From an uncultured Candidatus Saccharibacteria bacterium (lineage in GTDB: Bacteria > Patescibacteriota > Minisyncoccia > Phycocordibacterales > JACOZG01), in NCBI GenBank assembly GCA_965230925.1, contig OZ246403.1, positions 3,367 through 67,366 of the forward strand: a DNA stretch of 64,000 nt. The letters run 5' to 3'. Shown here in pieces: positions 63,510-64,000 of this stretch (position 1 is its first letter; each line of letters starts with the position of its first letter). The position numbers were made by a program, and so were the translations under genes. A model generated the notes under the pieces. That model worked only from the letters and a program-made list of their open reading frames with translations, made no database searches and was not told the origin of the DNA.

Positions 63510-63740
63510 AAAGACATACGGCTTAAAATAAGGCTTTGTCCTTTATAAACTACCCTCTGGCGGCTCACCATCGGGGGTAGTTTCCTTGCCATTTGGGAGG
63601 GATTCTGGTAGTTATTAAGTCCAGGTTCTGATCCTTTTACTCGTCCATATGCCTGTAAGGCTTTTGGCGGGGGCAATAGTTCCTTGAAAACGACTCTTTT
63701 GAGTTTTCGTATCTTCGTTTGTATTTAGCTAAAACAAGTT

Positions 63741-64000
63741 ATGAATATCAAAAGAGCGCTCAGCTTGGGCTCCGCCAGCTGGCGGATTGCCCTGGTGCTA
63801 CAAGTCCTTACCATAGGGCTTCTTTTTGGTATTAGTCGCGTAGATTTGGTTTATGCAGAAGATCCGAATATAGCAATTAGTGATGAGTTCACCGGTTCGG
63901 TGGCCAATAATCAAGGTGGAAATGATGAAGGCCACTTCACTACCCAGAGCGATAACGACTCTTCTTTTGGTAATGAGGGTTCGTTTACGACCGGTGCCGG
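63741..64000 (+). CDS. 5' part of a secreted hypothetical protein (runs off the window)
   Basis: ATG at 63741. Signal-like MNIKRALSLGSASWRIALVLQVLTIGLLFGI. Open to the window end. Confidence 0.35.
   Translation, partial: MNIKRALSLGSASWRIALVLQVLTIGLLFGISRVDLVYAEDPNIAISDEFTGSVANNQGGNDEGHFTTQSDNDSSFGNEGSFTTGA

Noticed and set aside
63510-63740. Stem-loop AAACTACCC...GGGTAGTTT downstream of the protease gene as a terminator or sRNA
   Set aside because: The hairpin is not followed by a T-run and the loop is long. There is insufficient evidence to call it either a terminator or an RNA gene.

Overview
The window appears to be a small-genome, moderate-GC bacterial chromosome segment using the standard genetic code (SecA, MurC/D and other long genes are intact). 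The gene content and architecture resemble episymbiotic Patescibacteria/CPR-type bacteria, but that lineage call is inference only. Almost everything is on the + strand and tightly packed. The window is dominated by two huge paralogous Thr/Ser/Gly-rich secreted fibre proteins (248..10894 and 54692..59992) plus a shorter third paralog (60023..61117). All three are built from phage-tail-fibre-like modules. The two giants each end in a recognisable peptidase-S74 (endosialidase-type, self-cleaving) intramolecular chaperone domain followed by an acidic D/E/P-rich tail. An operon-like run of five genes lies directly downstream of the first giant gene. It encodes a secreted protein with a canonical tandem dockerin motif and two membrane-anchored proteins with cohesin-like beta-sandwich domains. 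This is the most likely candidate for an undescribed surface-scaffold system. The centre of the window (22.4-47.1 kb) is a very large envelope-glycan locus. It contains GT4 glycosyltransferases (one of them split across two frames), a bacterial exostosin/GT47-like enzyme, tandem FkbM methyltransferases and a Wzx flippase. It also contains a TagF-like enzyme, a higher-GC nonulosonic (sialic-like) acid island (NeuB, CMP-transferase, HAD phosphatase), an ArnC/GtrA/ArnT-like lipid-linked sugar triad and a Wzy_C-TPR protein. Housekeeping genes present are tRNA-Leu(CAG), murD, a NUDIX hydrolase, pgeF, murC, a UbiB-family kinase, secA, a CYTH protein, a DUF1653 protein and oligoendopeptidase F. A TraD/VirD4-like ATPase appears as an orphan, and a metzincin-type secreted protease lies downstream of the fibre genes. 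Several genes have strong -10 elements placed only 7-21 nt before the start codon, suggesting leaderless or short-leader mRNAs. A 430-bp noncoding region (47094..47523) contains a promoter-plus-terminator pair consistent with a small RNA. All functional calls are from motif recognition by eye; none has been confirmed by a search.
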